A stretch of DNA of 64,000 nucleotides from positions 262,570,001 to 262,634,000 of the forward strand of contig OZ024743.1 in the NCBI GenBank assembly GCA_964016885.1, given 5' to 3'. This document shows positions 35,614 to 49,670 of this stretch, piece by piece (within the stretch, counting starts at the first letter, position 1; the number at the start of each line of letters is the position of its first letter). Under the pieces are notes generated by a model. That model was not told the origin of the DNA and did no database searches. It was given only the letters and a program-made list of their open reading frames with translations. Both the position numbers and the translations under genes were made by a program. The stretch is from Eledone cirrhosa. Taxonomy: Eukaryota.

Positions 35614-35670
35614 AATATAGATATACATAAATCTATATACAAATTTGAGTGACTTCCGTCCGTGACATAC

Positions 35671-35783
35671 TAGAGATGACTGAGGAAGGAAGGTTATGAT
35701 GTCATGCATTAGAGATGACTGAAGAAGGAAGGGGTGATGACATCACACAATAGAGATGTCTGAGGAAGGAAGGGGTGATGACA
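35671..35783. repeat. ~40-bp tandem repeat x3
   Basis: TAGAGATG.CTGA.GAAGGAAGG at 35671, 35710 and 35751. Confidence 0.85.
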
Positions 35784-36113
35784 AACTACAGAAAACAGCA
35801 TCTAACATGTGTGTCTATGAGTGTGTATTTTTGTAAGTATGTCTGTGTTTGCGCGCTTATAATAATATAGTCATACACGCATCAGCATATTGAAAAATAT
35901 TGTATATATGTGTGTGTGTGTATGGGTACAAATATGTGAATGAGAAGTAGTACCAATCCTAGCTGTGTAAGCTATGGCTTCGTATTATGATATTCATCAA
36001 ATATCGGTACACAATACTTCGACACAATACTGTCATACTATAACACACAGTAATATAATATTATAATACACAATGCTGTCATACAATAACACAGTGATAT
36101 CATACTATAACAC

Positions 36114-36520
36114 ATGCTTCCTGAAATTCGCCAACACTGCACCTGATATTCCTCCTCCATACACATTCACGCATGTATTTGTGTGTATATCATGACTCTA
36201 TATCATGACTCCTACACTGTTCACTTTCCTGACATTTGTACGTTATGCGGTGGATTGGCAGTATCGGTAGAGGGTCGGACGCTATGCTTTGACGCACAGA
36301 GTTACGGCCCTTGCCATTCTGAGTTTAAATCCCGCCGAGGTTAACTTTGCCTTTCATCCTTACGGGGTCGATAAAATAAAGTACTAGTAATTTACTGGGT
36401 AATTGCTGGCCTTGTGTCAAAAGTAGAAACAATTATTCTATGTACTATACATGCACATTTGATGAATTGTAATGCACCTGAGTACTGTACACAATAATTT
36501 GCATTATTATTATTATTATA
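36114..36520 (+). mobile_element. CR1 LINE 3' end containing a full S1 SINE (36247-36432)
   Basis: Homologous to 40565-41112. (ATT)n tail, with TATAACACA on both flanks as a candidate TSD. Confidence 0.8.
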
Positions 36521-36759
36521 ACACACAGTGATATACTATAACACACAATACTGTCATACTATAACATGTGATATCTTACAGAAGTATGCATCCTTGCTGT
36601 TGAAACATTTATATAGAATTTATACTGTTATCACTACATTAAATTCTTACCTTTTGTTCTTGCAATTGCTTGTATGTTCCCCACCCCCTATCAACAGCAT
36701 TGCCACTATCACTATCACCCCGCCCCCACTATCACCATCAACATTCCCACCACTATTGC

Positions 36760-38260
36760 CATTACCACCACTATCACCCTCACCACCACTAGCACTATTA
36801 CCACCACTATCACCCTCACCACCACTAGCACTACTACCACCACTATCACCCTCACCACCACTAGCACTAGCACTATTACCACCACTATCACCCTCACCAC
36901 CACTAGCACTATTACCACCACTATCACCCTCACCACCACTAGCACTATTACCACCACTATCACCCTCACCACCACTAGCACTATTACCACCACTATCACC
37001 CTCACCACCACTAGCACTATTACCACCACTATCACCACCACTAGCACTATTACCACCACTATCACCCTCACCACCACTAGCACTACTACCACCACTATCA
37101 CCCTTACCACCACTAGCACTACTACCACCACTATCACCCTCACCACCACTAGCACTATTACCACCACTATCACCCTCACCACCATTAGCACTATTACCAC
37201 CACTATCACCACCATTAGCACTATTACCACCACTATCACCCTTACCACCACTAGGACTATTACCACCACTATCACACTCACCACCACTAGCACTACTACC
37301 ACCACTATCACCCTTACCACCACTAGCACCACCACTAGCACTATTACCACCACTATCACCCTCACCACCACTAGCACTACTACCACCACTATCACCCTTA
37401 CCACCACTAGCACTATTACCACCACTATCACCCTTACCACCACTAGCACTATTACCACCACTATCACCCTCACCACCACTAGCACTATTACCACCACTAT
37501 CACCACCACTAGCACTATTACCACCACTATCACCCTCACCACCACTAGCACTATTACCACCACTATCACCCTTACCACCACTAGCACTACTACCACCACT
37601 ATCACCCTCACCACCACTAGCACTATTACCACCACTATCACCACCACTAGCACTATTACCACCACTATCACCCTCACCACCACTAGCACTATTACCACCA
37701 CTATCACCCTTACCACCACTAGCACTATTACCACCACTATCACCCTCACCACCACTAGCACTACTACCACCACTATCACCCTTACCACCACTAGCACTAT
37801 TACCACCACTATCACCCTCACCACCACTAGCACTACTACCACCACTATCACCCTTACCACCACTAGCACTACTACCACCACTATCACCCTTACCACCACT
37901 AGCACTATTACCACCACTATCACCCTCACCACCATTAGCACTATTACCACCACTATCACCACCATTAGCACTATTACCACCACTATCACCCTTACCACCA
38001 CTAGGACTATTACCACCACTATCACACTCACCACCACTAGCACTACTACCACCACTATCACCCTTACCACCACTAGCACCACCACTAGCACTATTACCAC
38101 CACTATCACCCTCACCACCATTAGCACTATTACCACCACTATCACCCTCACCACCACTAGCACTATCACCCTCACCACCACTATCACCCTCACCACCACT
38201 AGCACTATTACCACCACTATCACCATCACCACCATTATTACTACTAGCACCACCTTCACC
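36760..38260. repeat. 36-bp minisatellite (ACCACCACTATCACCCTCACCACCACTAGCACTATT)n with 30-bp variants
   Basis: About 40 units. A variant block is repeated at a 750-bp offset (37171 vs 37921). Confidence 0.97.
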
Positions 38261-38704
38261 CTCACCACCACTACCATCACTACTAGCACTACCTTCACCA
38301 CCACCACTAGCACCATCACCACTACTGTTATTATTGCTACCACCACCCTGACTTGCACCATCACCTCCACCATCACTATTAGCACCACTATTATCACTAC
38401 TTCCACTATTACTACTAATACCACTATCACTATACCACAATACAGAAACTAGCACTACCACAATCATGAACATTACTATCACCATCAACATCACTACCAA
38501 TAGATATGTAAATGACACAGTTTATTACTGTAACAAGCTTCAAAACTTGATCCTAACACTACTAGAACCTTCCACAAACTCCCATCTCTTCAGCTCAGAT
38601 AAACAAAACGTTATGTACACTCAGAAGTAGCTGCAACATCAGTAACCTAACTGGGCCCTTCACTATCACTGGGCCCTCTCTATCACTGGACAACAAGTTT
38701 AGAC

Positions 38705-39163
38705 CAGGCATGGGAAACCTTTTTCAAGTAGTTGACTGTATCGGAAGTGGCTCATCATAAGGTAGGCCACACTACTAAAAGATTTGAAGATGCTTCTTCT
38801 TTTTCACCCACTTATTCCTGAGAGGGTTGTGGGGGCAGAGTGTTCAATCACTCTTCCAGTGGGTCCAGTCAGAAACAATCGTCTCCAACTGATCCAGCTG
38901 GAACCCCAAGCGAGACCAGTCAAGCTCATGGATGTTATCCAACCATCTTGCTTTGGGTCTCCTGCCTGTTGGTTTTATTCGAAAAATCTGTCCAGTGATT
39001 CTTTCCTGAAACATTCTAACTATATGCCCATAGTATCAGAGCTATGATCTCTCAATTTGGAGAAGTAATGGCTCTACCTGGAGGCAATTTTGAAATGAAG
39101 CATACCATTCAGAAAGCCAAATAAGCCACATGCGGCACATGGGCTGCAGTTTGCCCATGACTG
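38705..39163. mobile_element. hAT (Charlie-type) MITE containing an Expander-like RTE fragment (38790-39085, minus)
   Basis: TIRs CAGGCATGGGAAAC / GTTTGCCCATGACTG. 8-bp TSD GTTTAGAC/GTCTAGAC. Confidence 0.85.
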
Positions 39164-40195
39164 GTCTAGACTGCCACATATGAACCTTACATAATTCATC
39201 ACTATATATGAGAGTGTGTGGTATGGTCCTCAGCTAGATGGAGGCATAATATAAGAGGAAAATGGATTCATAGGACACGCCCTGGCCCTGTATATAATTC
39301 ATTACATGTATGCTGTAAGAGTGCTGGATCAAGGGGTGATCTGGGGGTAGGTGGGCACACAGCAGCACCAGTACCACTACTACAACCATCACCACTGCTG
39401 CCACCACTCTACCCATAGCCATCACTACCACCAACACTCCCACAACATCAATCACCATGACTACCATCATTACCACAAACAACCTCCCACCTTTATCATC
39501 ACAAATATTACTATCATCACTGTCACTACTACCACCACCACCACCACCACCACCACTTGTACTAGTACTACACCTACTCTATCACCATCACTACTATCAT
39601 CACCACCACTAACAATAGACCAGGTATGATGTTCAGTATCTCAAAACAGCTATCAGGTATAATATCACACATTATCTCACCTTTATCACAAACCTATTAT
39701 CACTTATTTAACATTTGTAACGGCAATGGAACATTGTTAGCTGTCATTAACTGAAACTGAAGAAGAAATGTGGGTATGTGTGTGTATATATATATATATA
39801 TATTATATGTATACATACATACATATATTATATGTATACATATATATATATATTATATATACATATATGTATATATTTATATATATATATATATAATTAT
39901 ATATATATATATATACATATATGTATACACATATATATATAATTATATGTATACATATATATATATATATAATAAAATGTTGTAGTTTGCTTGAAGCATT
40001 GTATATAATATATAACGTTGAAAGAAATAGAAGGCTAAACAATGCAAAATGGACTGTAAGATGAGGTAACAAAAAGTAAAAGTAAGTTACCTGGTAATTT
40101 TTGTTTTGTATTTTTGTTGTTGTTCTTTTATCTGTCCAATATTTTTGGACCTAAAAGTCCCTTGTTCAGGGTTTAAGGAACTTTCGGTGGAAAGT

Positions 40196-41112
40196 CTATC
40201 TTGCTCAGAACATTGACCTCCTGGAAACTGTTCAGAGACGTACAACCAAGCGAATACCCTCCATCAGTCATCTACCATACTCTGAATGCCTTGCTTCCCT
40301 GGGTATGGATACATTGAAGCTCTGACGCCTGGCAACTGACTTGGTAAACACCCACAAAATTGTTAACCATCTTGCCAACAACAACCCTGAATACCTTTTT
40401 GATTTCCATGTGTCTAACACACGTGGGCATGCCCACAAAGTCAGAAAACAGCACAGCTTCCATGACTTTCGGAAACATTTTTTCATGCTCAGAGTTGCTG
40501 AAGCATGGAACAAACTACCTGCATCAGTTATTAGCTGCCGAGACACTGCATCCTTTAAAACCTCCATGCTTCCCGAGATTTGCCAACACTACACCTAATA
40601 TTTCCTCTCCATACACATACACATACACACATGTAGGAGGCATATGGCTTAGTGGTTAGAGCATTGGCCTTGCAATCGAAAGGTTGTGAGTTCAATTCTC
40701 AGACCAGGTGATGTGTTGTTTCATTGAGCAAGACACTTTATTTCACATTGCTCCAGTTTACTCAGCTGTAGAAATGAGATGATAGTGACTGGGGTCCATA
40801 TCATTCCACTGCAAAGTGGTCGTGGAGGTGCCATGGCAAAAAAGCACCCAGCACTCACTGTAAATGTAAATGAGGTAGGTGTTAGGAAGGGCATCCAGCT
40901 GTAGAAATCAAGCCAGAATCAGTTCCCGTCCCACCCTTGCAAGCAGGGAAAAAGCGGACGTAAAATGAAATGACGATGATGATGATATCATGACTCATAC
41001 ACTATTCACTTCCCTGACATTTGTATATTATTCTATGTACTATACATGCACCTTTGATGAGTTGTAGTGCACCTGAGCACTTTACACAATAATTTCATTA
41101 TTATTATTATTA
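40196..41112 (+). mobile_element. 5'-truncated CR1 LINE, interrupted by a SINE
   Basis: LLETVQRRTTKRIP...TRGHAHKVRK...RKHFFMLRVAEAWNKLP...FK is the CR1 ORF2 C-terminus. The 3' UTR ends in (ATT)n. Confidence 0.9.
40636..40986 (+). mobile_element. Full-length CORE-type SINE with RTE tail (same family as 29421-29805)
   Basis: Same head, CORE and GGAAGGGCATCC segment, but different last ~50 nt. Confidence 0.88.
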
Positions 41113-41154
41113 TTTATTAAGACAAAGTTGATTAAATCAATCTCCAGCACTTAA

Positions 41155-41390
41155 CCAGGAAAGAATTGCTGGGCAGATTTTACTGGCAAAACTAACAGGT
41201 AGGAGACCCAGGAGTTAGACCCCGAGCAAAACAGTTGTATAACATCCATGAGCTTGACTAGTCATACTTGGGGATCCAGCCAGATCAGTTAGAGACAGTT
41301 GCTTCTGACATGACCCACTGGAGGGAGTGTTTGAGGACTCTTCCCCCTCAACCCTCTCAGCAATAAGTGGGCAAAGAAGAGAAGAAAGAA
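41155..41390 (+). mobile_element. Expander/Rex3-like RTE 3' fragment
   Basis: Reverse-complement homolog of 1560-1730, with a GAA-rich tail. Confidence 0.75.
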
Positions 41391-42509
41391 GCATGAAAGG
41401 CAAAGTTGACCTTGACAGGATTTGAACTCAGAATGTAAAGAGCCAGAACAAATACTGCAGTGGCATTTTACCTGTTACTCTCCTACTTCTGTTAACCAAC
41501 CACCCTCCTGTAATGATACATAATAAATATATAAACCAAATGCAATTTTAATGTGTTTTTTTTTCTTTTGTTTTGTTAATTCACTGCAATTTGCTTCTAG
41601 CAATGATTAAATTTATCACTTTGATCCAGCAATCCTGAATACCTATAAATTATTTATAATAAAAAATAACCATAAAACTGTAAACATATTTTCAATAATC
41701 TTTGCACAAATCAATTAAATGCCAACCCGCCCCCCACCCCTCCAAAAACAGTTTTATTTGAAACAAACTTTGTTTCAAATATTTAAATATTTGTATTATT
41801 CATGTATAGTTTAAAAATTTAACTCACAGACACATCTATCTACCTACCTACCTACCTACCTACCTCCTTACCTACCTACCTACCTATCAATCTATCTATC
41901 TATCTATCTCCAAAATGGCTGCTGAATATGCACGTGTATTTTTTTTCTTATTTGTTTTGTCTTTTTCCCATTCCTTCCTCTCTCACTCTTTATCTTTCTA
42001 TTTTATCTTATATTTCTAATTCTATCTTCTCATGAAGGACTAGTATTGAAACATTAAAACTCTTTTTCTGTTATTTCAAGCGTTAAACTAATATACTTCT
42101 TCAATGTAGTATGTTATTTGCTTTGTTAGTTCTATTTACTTTATATAAAAGATAATTTTAGTGCAAATATAACTAACAAATGTAAATACGAAAAATAGGT
42201 AGGTTTAGGATGCTGCTACAATGGAGTTGTAAATATTGAGGTAACATGGGTGGTTAAAGTAGATGGTGTTGGGTAAAAATATGTGGTAGAAAGGAAAGAA
42301 AATTGAGAAAAATAGAGAATTTGGATGTTACCTTCATAATATCTAATAGTCATGATATATTTCAGGAAATCTTTCCATTCTCAAGGGAGCTGTTAGAACT
42401 TCAAAGACTATTGTTTGCTTTTGAGTTATAAACTGGTAATGCCATGGGCATACTGTGTGTGTGTGTGAGATTAAGTAAATCTATTGTAGTTATAGTGTAG
42501 ATGTAGTAG

Positions 42510-43030
42510 AGCTGTGGTAGTAGTGTTGTGGTAGTAGTGGTGGTGTGGTAGTAGGGTTGTGTTAGTAGTGGTGTTGTGGTAGTGGTATTGTGGTATTAGT
42601 GTTTTAGTATTAATGGCTGTGTGGTAGTAGTGGTGGTGTGGTTGTGGTGTTGTGGTAGTAGTGGTGGTGTGGTAGTAGTGCTGTGGTAGTGGTGGTGTGG
42701 TGGTGTGGTAGTAGTGGTGGTGTGGTAGTAGTGTTGTGGTAGTAGTGGTGTGGTAGTAGTGGTGTTGTGGTAGTAGTGTAGTGGTAGTAGTGGTGGTGTG
42801 GTAGTAGTGTTGTGGTAGTAGTGGTGGTGTGGTAGTAGTGCTGTGGTAGTAGTGGTGGTGTGGTAGTAGTGCTGTGGTAGTGGTGGTGTGGTAGTAGTGG
42901 TGGTGTGGTAGTAGTGTTGTGTTAGTAGTGGCGTTGTGGTAGTGGTGATGTGGTAGTAGTGGTGGTGTGGTAGTGGTGATGTGGTAGTAGTGGTGGTGTG
43001 GTAGTAGTATTGTGGTAATAGTGTTGTCAG
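42510..43030. repeat. GTGGTAGTA-rich low-complexity minisatellite
   Basis: Repeated GTGGTAGTAGTG(G/T)TG units. Confidence 0.93.
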
Positions 43031-43749
43031 CTGTGATGATTTAGGAGATATTTAGCTGTTTTTTCTAGCGGATAAACAGACTACTTAGGGGTCTCTATCA
43101 CTGGTTTGTAGAGCCATTAATGTCTTAGAGAAGATAATCAACAATATAGTTCCACAGTAACAATATCCAACACTTTCTTTGACAGGCTGACATGACATTC
43201 TAATGACTCAGCCACCTGCAACTTTTTGCACTTAATTGGGTAGTTCAGAATGATTGACATATTCTTAATTGACTGAGAATAAATTAGCTGTTATCTCCTT
43301 TGTTAATCAAGTATTAGAGAAATTAATAGTACTTGCAGCTGATATAATTTTACTTTAAAAAGAGTCCCTGAAAGTATTCCTTCATGTTTCATTTTGTTAA
43401 CAGTTAAATTAAGTAGAATCCTTACAATAATCATTGAACTAATAGATTATCAAAGATTTATATCCAATTAATTAATTTGTTGTTTATCATAAATCTAACA
43501 TTAATTAGCATTTCATAATAACATGAGTTCATTATAATTAATTGTATGTCAGGTTGTGAGAAACAGTTATTATTTATTTCTTTAAATTAGATATATGATT
43601 TCTTTACTAGCAGACATAAATTAAAAACAAATTATGTAATTGTTATTTTGGTAGATATAAGACTTAAAATTGATTTCTTACAAACTTACAGACGTCTAGG
43701 ATTTGTAGAAGAATAGAAAAGTTTCAAAGTGTAGAAAGGTGTTTGTATG

Positions 43750-44165
43750 TCATGAGAAATGTGAGAACAGACTTTAGTGTTATTAGAAATGTGACAATTG
43801 ACTCTAGGGTGTCACAAAGACTTTAGTGTCATGAGAAATGTGATAACTGATACTAGGGTGTCACAAAACATTGGTGTCATGAGAAATTATAACTGACACT
43901 ACAGTGTCACAAAGACATTGGTGTCATGAGAAATGTGATAAACTGACACTAGGGTGTCTTAAAGACATCAATGTCATGAGAAATGTGATAACTGACAAGG
44001 TGTCACAAAGACATTGGTGTCATGAGAAATGTGATAAACTGACACTAGGGTGTCTTAAAGACATCAATGTCATGAGAAATGTGATAACTGACAAGGTGTC
44101 ACAAAGACATTGGTGTCATGAGAAATGTGATAACTGACAGGGTGTCACAAAGACTTTAGTGTCAT
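43750..44165. repeat. ~48-bp minisatellite with a 96-bp higher-order dimer
   Basis: GTGTCACAAAGACATTGGTGTCATGAGAAATGTGATAA units. Exact 96-bp repetition from 43904. Confidence 0.93.
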
Positions 44166-44929
44166 AAGCATTGTGAGCTTGCCTTCACACTACAGCGCTC
44201 AGTTATTTTCATTGTATAAAACTTGTAGTAGAATGTAAAAATGGACATTTACTGCTATAATTAACAATTGGTTGTTATATTGTAGTGTTTAACTCTGTGG
44301 CTAGTATAATTTAGAACACAGCTATATCCCCTCAGCTGATAATTACTCAAGATATTATGCTACACGAAGACAACGTCATTTAGTATGGCACTGCAATACA
44401 ACACTGATACTAATGATTTACAATTAATTATTATTTTTTAATATAATTTTATTTTATTGACCTTGGAGGGGCTAGGAAGCAAATATAACCTCGATGAGAT
44501 TTGAAATCAGAATCTAGAGCTGAGACAGAACTGAATATAATAAAACATTTAGTTGAGCATTCTACTGTTTATGTATGCTAATACCTGCTGTTGGTTGTAC
44601 CTCCTTTGGCTATAGAGGGTGTTAATAATTTTAGACTACAGAGTTTGATTTGAGGAAGATTTGGTTGCTATTTCCAATAGGTTGAGTGACCAAATTAAGG
44701 TGTTAGCCAATAAAGAAGTCTGTGTATTTTTTCTTTGCTTAGCCAAGAGAAAGGGAAATCATGACCCTTTTCAGGGACAGTCACTGAGATTGGTGAGAGG
44801 AAACAAGGTATCCTTAAATCACAGACATGACCTGGATGTTTTTAACAGAAGGGAATCTGTTAAAGGCACCCAAGGGTCAGGTGGAGGTGTTAAACTGGGC
44901 AACAGATTAAATCTAGCATCCAAGTAGGC

Positions 44930-45328
44930 CAGAGGTTCTCAAATATATTCTATTTTACTATCGACAGTCAATCGACTTTGGTCAAATTGGACCAAGGAAA
45001 CAATGTTTCCGTTTGTCTTTCCAATTGATAATACTATCTATTGGTCGCAACTCTAGGTAGAAGAAGCCACATGAAATAAAGTGTCTTGCTCAAGGACATA
45101 AGGCATTGTCCGGTCCAGTAATAAAACTCACAACCTCATGATTGTGAATGCAATTCTCTAACCACTCAGCCACGCACCTTCACATATCTTACTATATTTA
45201 TATATAATATGTATCATTTGATATTTAATATACTATTATATCATTCTAGCGTCCCCTTAGGCCCCAGCGTCCCACTGGACCCTCTCATGCCCTCCAGGGG
45301 GTGGTAGCGCTCACTTTGAGAACTTCTG
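44930..45328. mobile_element. hAT MITE with a perfect 8-bp TSD, containing a CORE-SINE head (45070-45182, minus)
   Basis: AAGTAGGC-CAGAGGTTCTCAAA...TTTGAGAACTTCTG-AAGTAGGC. Confidence 0.9.
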
Positions 45329-45769
45329 AAGTAGGCTATGGAAGAATTTCAACTTAACTCATAATGCAAAGAGCTAGAACAAATGTCACAAGGCATTCTA
45401 TTTGATGTTTTAATGATTCTACAAGTCTACTGCTTCTCATCAGAACCTTATTTATTGACTTGAGAAACATAAATACAAAGTTGATTTTGACAGTATTTGA
45501 ACTTAAATTACCATGAGCCAGAATAAATTCTAGGATTGATCAAACTCCCACAAATAGCAGCTAAATCTCCTCAAATCACACCATTCTGTTTTTAAAAGAA
45601 GAAGACATAGTTATATGATATAGTTCGAGGTACACAATACCTGAAAAAATTGGATGAGATGGTCACAGCTGGAATGCCTTTGATCAGAGTTAACCTGGAG
45701 GATACTGATAGTTCATATAGCGTATGTAGTAGACTCTACTAATTTCTTTTTGCAGTACTATTATATATA

Positions 45770-45801
<32 letters not shown>

Positions 45802-47274
45802 GATGTTTGTGTGTATGTATGTGTGTGTGTATGTATGTGTGTGTGTATGTATGTATGTATGTATGTGCATGCTTGTGTGTATGTATGTGTGTGCATGTAT
45901 GCATTTGTAAGTATGCATGTGGGGGGGGGGATATGTGTGTGCATGTGTGCATTTGTGTGTATATGTTTGTGTATATGCATGTGTGTATACACAGCAGAAG
46001 CCAGTGTGGGTGTCGGGGAAGAGATGTTCCCACAGATGACTGACAGATGTGTAACAATATTGATAGGTCCAACTTATAACTCACCATTATTATCAGTTAG
46101 ACCTGTCAGGTTATCTTTACAGCATAGATTTACAGACTACATGCATCTGTTCTCTCTCTCCCTCCTCTCTCTCTGGATATATATAATTATATATATACAT
46201 ATATACATATGCGTATGTACATACATACATACACATAGGTATACACACACATACACATATAGATAACTGGTTTAATGGAAGGGAACTACAATTAAAATAT
46301 GGTATTCAATACATCACGCAGAAAAGGTGCGTGTGTGTAAGTGTGTGCGTGTCTGTGTGTGTGTGCATGTGTGTATGTAAGTGTGTGTGTGTGTATGTAT
46401 AAACAGCAGCTTGGTTGTACTCAATATGTGGGTAGAGTGGTAGGGTGATGTATTTTATATCATAACTATGAAGTCATGTTGGTAACTTAAAGGACAGGTA
46501 TTCCATGCTTGAGGCTCAAGTTTCCTCTGGCACAAAACGTTTGACCCTTGAATCTCTGGTGTAGCTTCATAACAGTAATAGAACACACATACACACACGT
46601 ACACAAATCACACATACACATATGGGCAAATCACACACACACACATGCGCATATATATTCTCGACCTATGCTTCTCCACTCTCCACTCACCCACCCATCC
46701 ACCAAAATAACAACAAAACAAACTGAAAGCTAAATAAATAAATAAATGAACAAACGTTAATAATAATAATGAAACAATTTAGAAGATAAAATTCCAACAG
46801 TGTATTTATTTCAAGCCTCACTAAATGCTAACGGCTGCCGTGAGTAGTTAACATCTGGGAGCTATTAAATCCATGTTACTTCCACTCAGCTCCGAAACCA
46901 AAACAGAAAAGCTCTAACCAAACTGTGCTGAACCGATACACACAAAAAAAAAAAAAAAAAAATCCGCAGCAAATAACACAAATCTGTTTTCCTTTCCTTT
47001 TTTTTTCTAGAGTGTGCGGTGTGAACAAAGAAAAGGAAGGGGAAAAAAGGCAAACAGAAACAGTAAAGAAATCTGTAGAATAAGTTGCAGAGATAATTAA
47101 GAAAAAAGTGAAAAAAGGTGCAACAATAAGGATAGTTGCAAGAAATATATGAATAAATAAATTGTTAATATTCAAATTTGTTTAAAATAATGTTAATAAA
47201 AAATGATGACAATAAAAAAAAATAATGTTAATGAATATATAAATAAATTATGTTAATAAATATATAAATACATT

Positions 47275-47560
47275 CATCATCATACGTCCACTTTTCCTTG
47301 CTTGCAAGGGTGGGTTGGGTTCCCTTCAGCACAGCATTCCTCCATCCGTTATGGTCCTTTGACATCTCCTCTGTGAGCTTCAGTGATCTGAGGTCAGCTC
47401 TCGCCACCTCTGCCCATGTTTTTCATGCTCTTCCTCTACTGCGTCTTCCTTCCACTGGAATTTCTTGACACCAAGCAGCCATCTTCCATGCACATCACAT
47501 GTCCATACCAATGCAGTCTTCTCTCCCGCACATTACAGTTTATTCCTCTTATACACAGTT
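47275..47560 (-). mobile_element. RTE short-UTR subfamily 3' fragment
   Basis: Homologous to 9520-9810. Confidence 0.85.
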
Positions 47561-47644
47561 CCACTCATTATATTAATAAATATAATGGGTGACATGTTTG
47601 TGTAATGGTAAAATAAAGAAAGCATTATATTAATACATATATTG

Positions 47645-49670
47645 GGCGGTGGATTGGCAGTATCGGTAGAGGGTCAGGCACCATGCATAGTTACGTCCCT
47701 TTACGATCTGAGTTCAAATCCCGCCGAGGTTAACTTTGCCTTTCATCTTTACGGGGTCGATAAAATAAAGTACCAGTAATGCACTAGGTAATTGCTGGCC
47801 TTGTGCCTAAAAGTAGAAACAATTATATTAATAAATATATAAATAAATTATGTGGATAAATATATAAATAATTTATGTTGATAAATATATAAATAAATTA
47901 TGTTAATTAATTTCAAAAATATTAGTGGTAGTGGTAGATGGAGGGAAACAATATTTTGCATCCTTGTGAGACAGTGAGGTGAAATCTTAGCAATATTTCT
48001 TCATGTATTGTGTTGTTTATAGCCAATATAGAGACAAGAGATGTCTGTGATGTGTGATACTTAAGATGTATTTGTCTCAGGGACTAAGACAATCAAAGAA
48101 TACCACATCACCACATCCATGTTGTTTTAGTTACTAAAATGTAATAAAAATAATAATGAGGAAAAATAACAACTATATGATAATAGTAATAACAACAATG
48201 GTAATAATAATTATTATTTCTAACATTGGCACAAGGCCAGCAATTTGGGAGATGTTAAGTCAATTATACCAACTTCAGTACTTAACAGTGGTAAAGAAAT
48301 ATAATTTGTTGTGTTCATAATTTTTGGCATTAATATATACTGGTTGGATGCCCTTCCTAACACCAGCACCACTTTACAGCATAGACTGGGTGCTTTTATT
48401 CGTGCCACCAGCACTAGAGAGGTTCTCTTACTGGACTCAGGGGCCCTCTCCACCCCTCTATTTTGCAGCATGGACTGGGTGCTTTTATTCGTGCCACCAG
48501 CACTAGGGAAGTTGTCTTACTGGACTTAGGGGACTTTAATATACATATATATTAGGTCAGAACAGTGATTAGTTTCCAGTGCCCACCACGAGGAGGTCAA
48601 CAAAGTTCGATACCCCTGGGAATATAGAAGGCAAAACATCGAAGGTTGATTGATCTTGGTAGCATTTGAAAGTAAAGAGTTGAAATAAATGCCACAAAGT
48701 ATTTTGTCTGATGCTCTAATGATTCTACCAATCCAAGCAACTATGGTGATAGTAGCATTAATTGTTTCTACTTTTGGTACAAGGCCAGCAATTTGAAAGG
48801 AAGGGAAAATGGATTTTATTGATTCCATAAGAGGGAAATCAATTATATGGACCCCAGTACTTGACTGGTATTTTATTTTATCAACTCCAAAAGGATGAAT
48901 GACAAAGTTCTCAACATAATTTGAAATCAGAACATACTGGGCCATAACTAAATACCACAAAGCATGTTGTCTGATGTTCTACCAATTCTACCAATCCATT
49001 TCCTTGAATAATCACTGTAATAATAATGTTTCTTTTATTATTATTTAGGCACTAGGCAGTATCGGTAGAGCATTGGACACCATGGTTTGTGGTATAGAGT
49101 TATGGTCTTTTATATTTTGAGTTCAAATCTTGCCAAGGGTTAACTTTGCCTTTCATCCTTATGGGGGTCAATAAAATAAAGTACCAGTAATGCACTAGGG
49201 TCGATTTAACCCTCTTTTCCCCTGCCAAAATAGTTTTCTTGTGCCAAAATGAGACCATTATTTAGGCACTAGGCCAACAATTCTTTCTTAGTGGGTGGGT
49301 GGGGGAGACTATACCAACCCAGTTTTTAACTGGTATGTTGTTTTGTTAACTCAGAAGAATGAAAGGCAAAGTTGACCTCAGCAGGATTTGAAACAAGACT
49401 GTAGAGGGCTGTAGTGAAATACTGCAATACCTTTCATCTAACACTAATCATTCTCTTAATCCACCACCTTCACTGTAATAATTGTTTCTACTTTTGGCAC
49501 AAGGCCAGCAATTACTCCAGTGCATTACTGGTACTTTATTTTATCGACCCTGTAAAGATGAAAGGCAAAGTTAACCTCAGTGGGATTTGAACTCAGAACG
49601 TAAAGGGCCATAACTCTATGCTGCAAAGTATGGTGTCTGATGCTCTACCGATACTGCCAATTCACCACCC
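47645..49670. mobile_element. Pile-up of S1 SINE copies in both orientations (47645-47825 +, ~48630-49000 -, 49055-49260 +, 49265-49668 -), plus an RTE tail piece at 48340-48530
   Basis: Repeated GGTGGATTGGCAGTATCGGTAGAG head, GAGTTCAAATCC B box and GGCCTTGTGCCAAAAGTAGAAACAAT end. Confidence 0.88.

Noticed and set aside
36528-38452. 600-aa Pro/Leu-, Thr- and Val-rich ORFs as genes
   Set aside because: They are alternative frames of one 36-bp minisatellite, with no unique domain or convincing gene structure.
40636-40710. tRNA gene
   Set aside because: A and B boxes are present but the acceptor and anticodon stems pair poorly, and it runs into CORE sequence: a SINE head. The same holds at 29735-29805, 33080 and 59560.
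43904-44137. Cys/His repeat peptide suggesting a zinc finger
   Set aside because: Translation of a 96-bp minisatellite dimer; neighbouring units break the frame.
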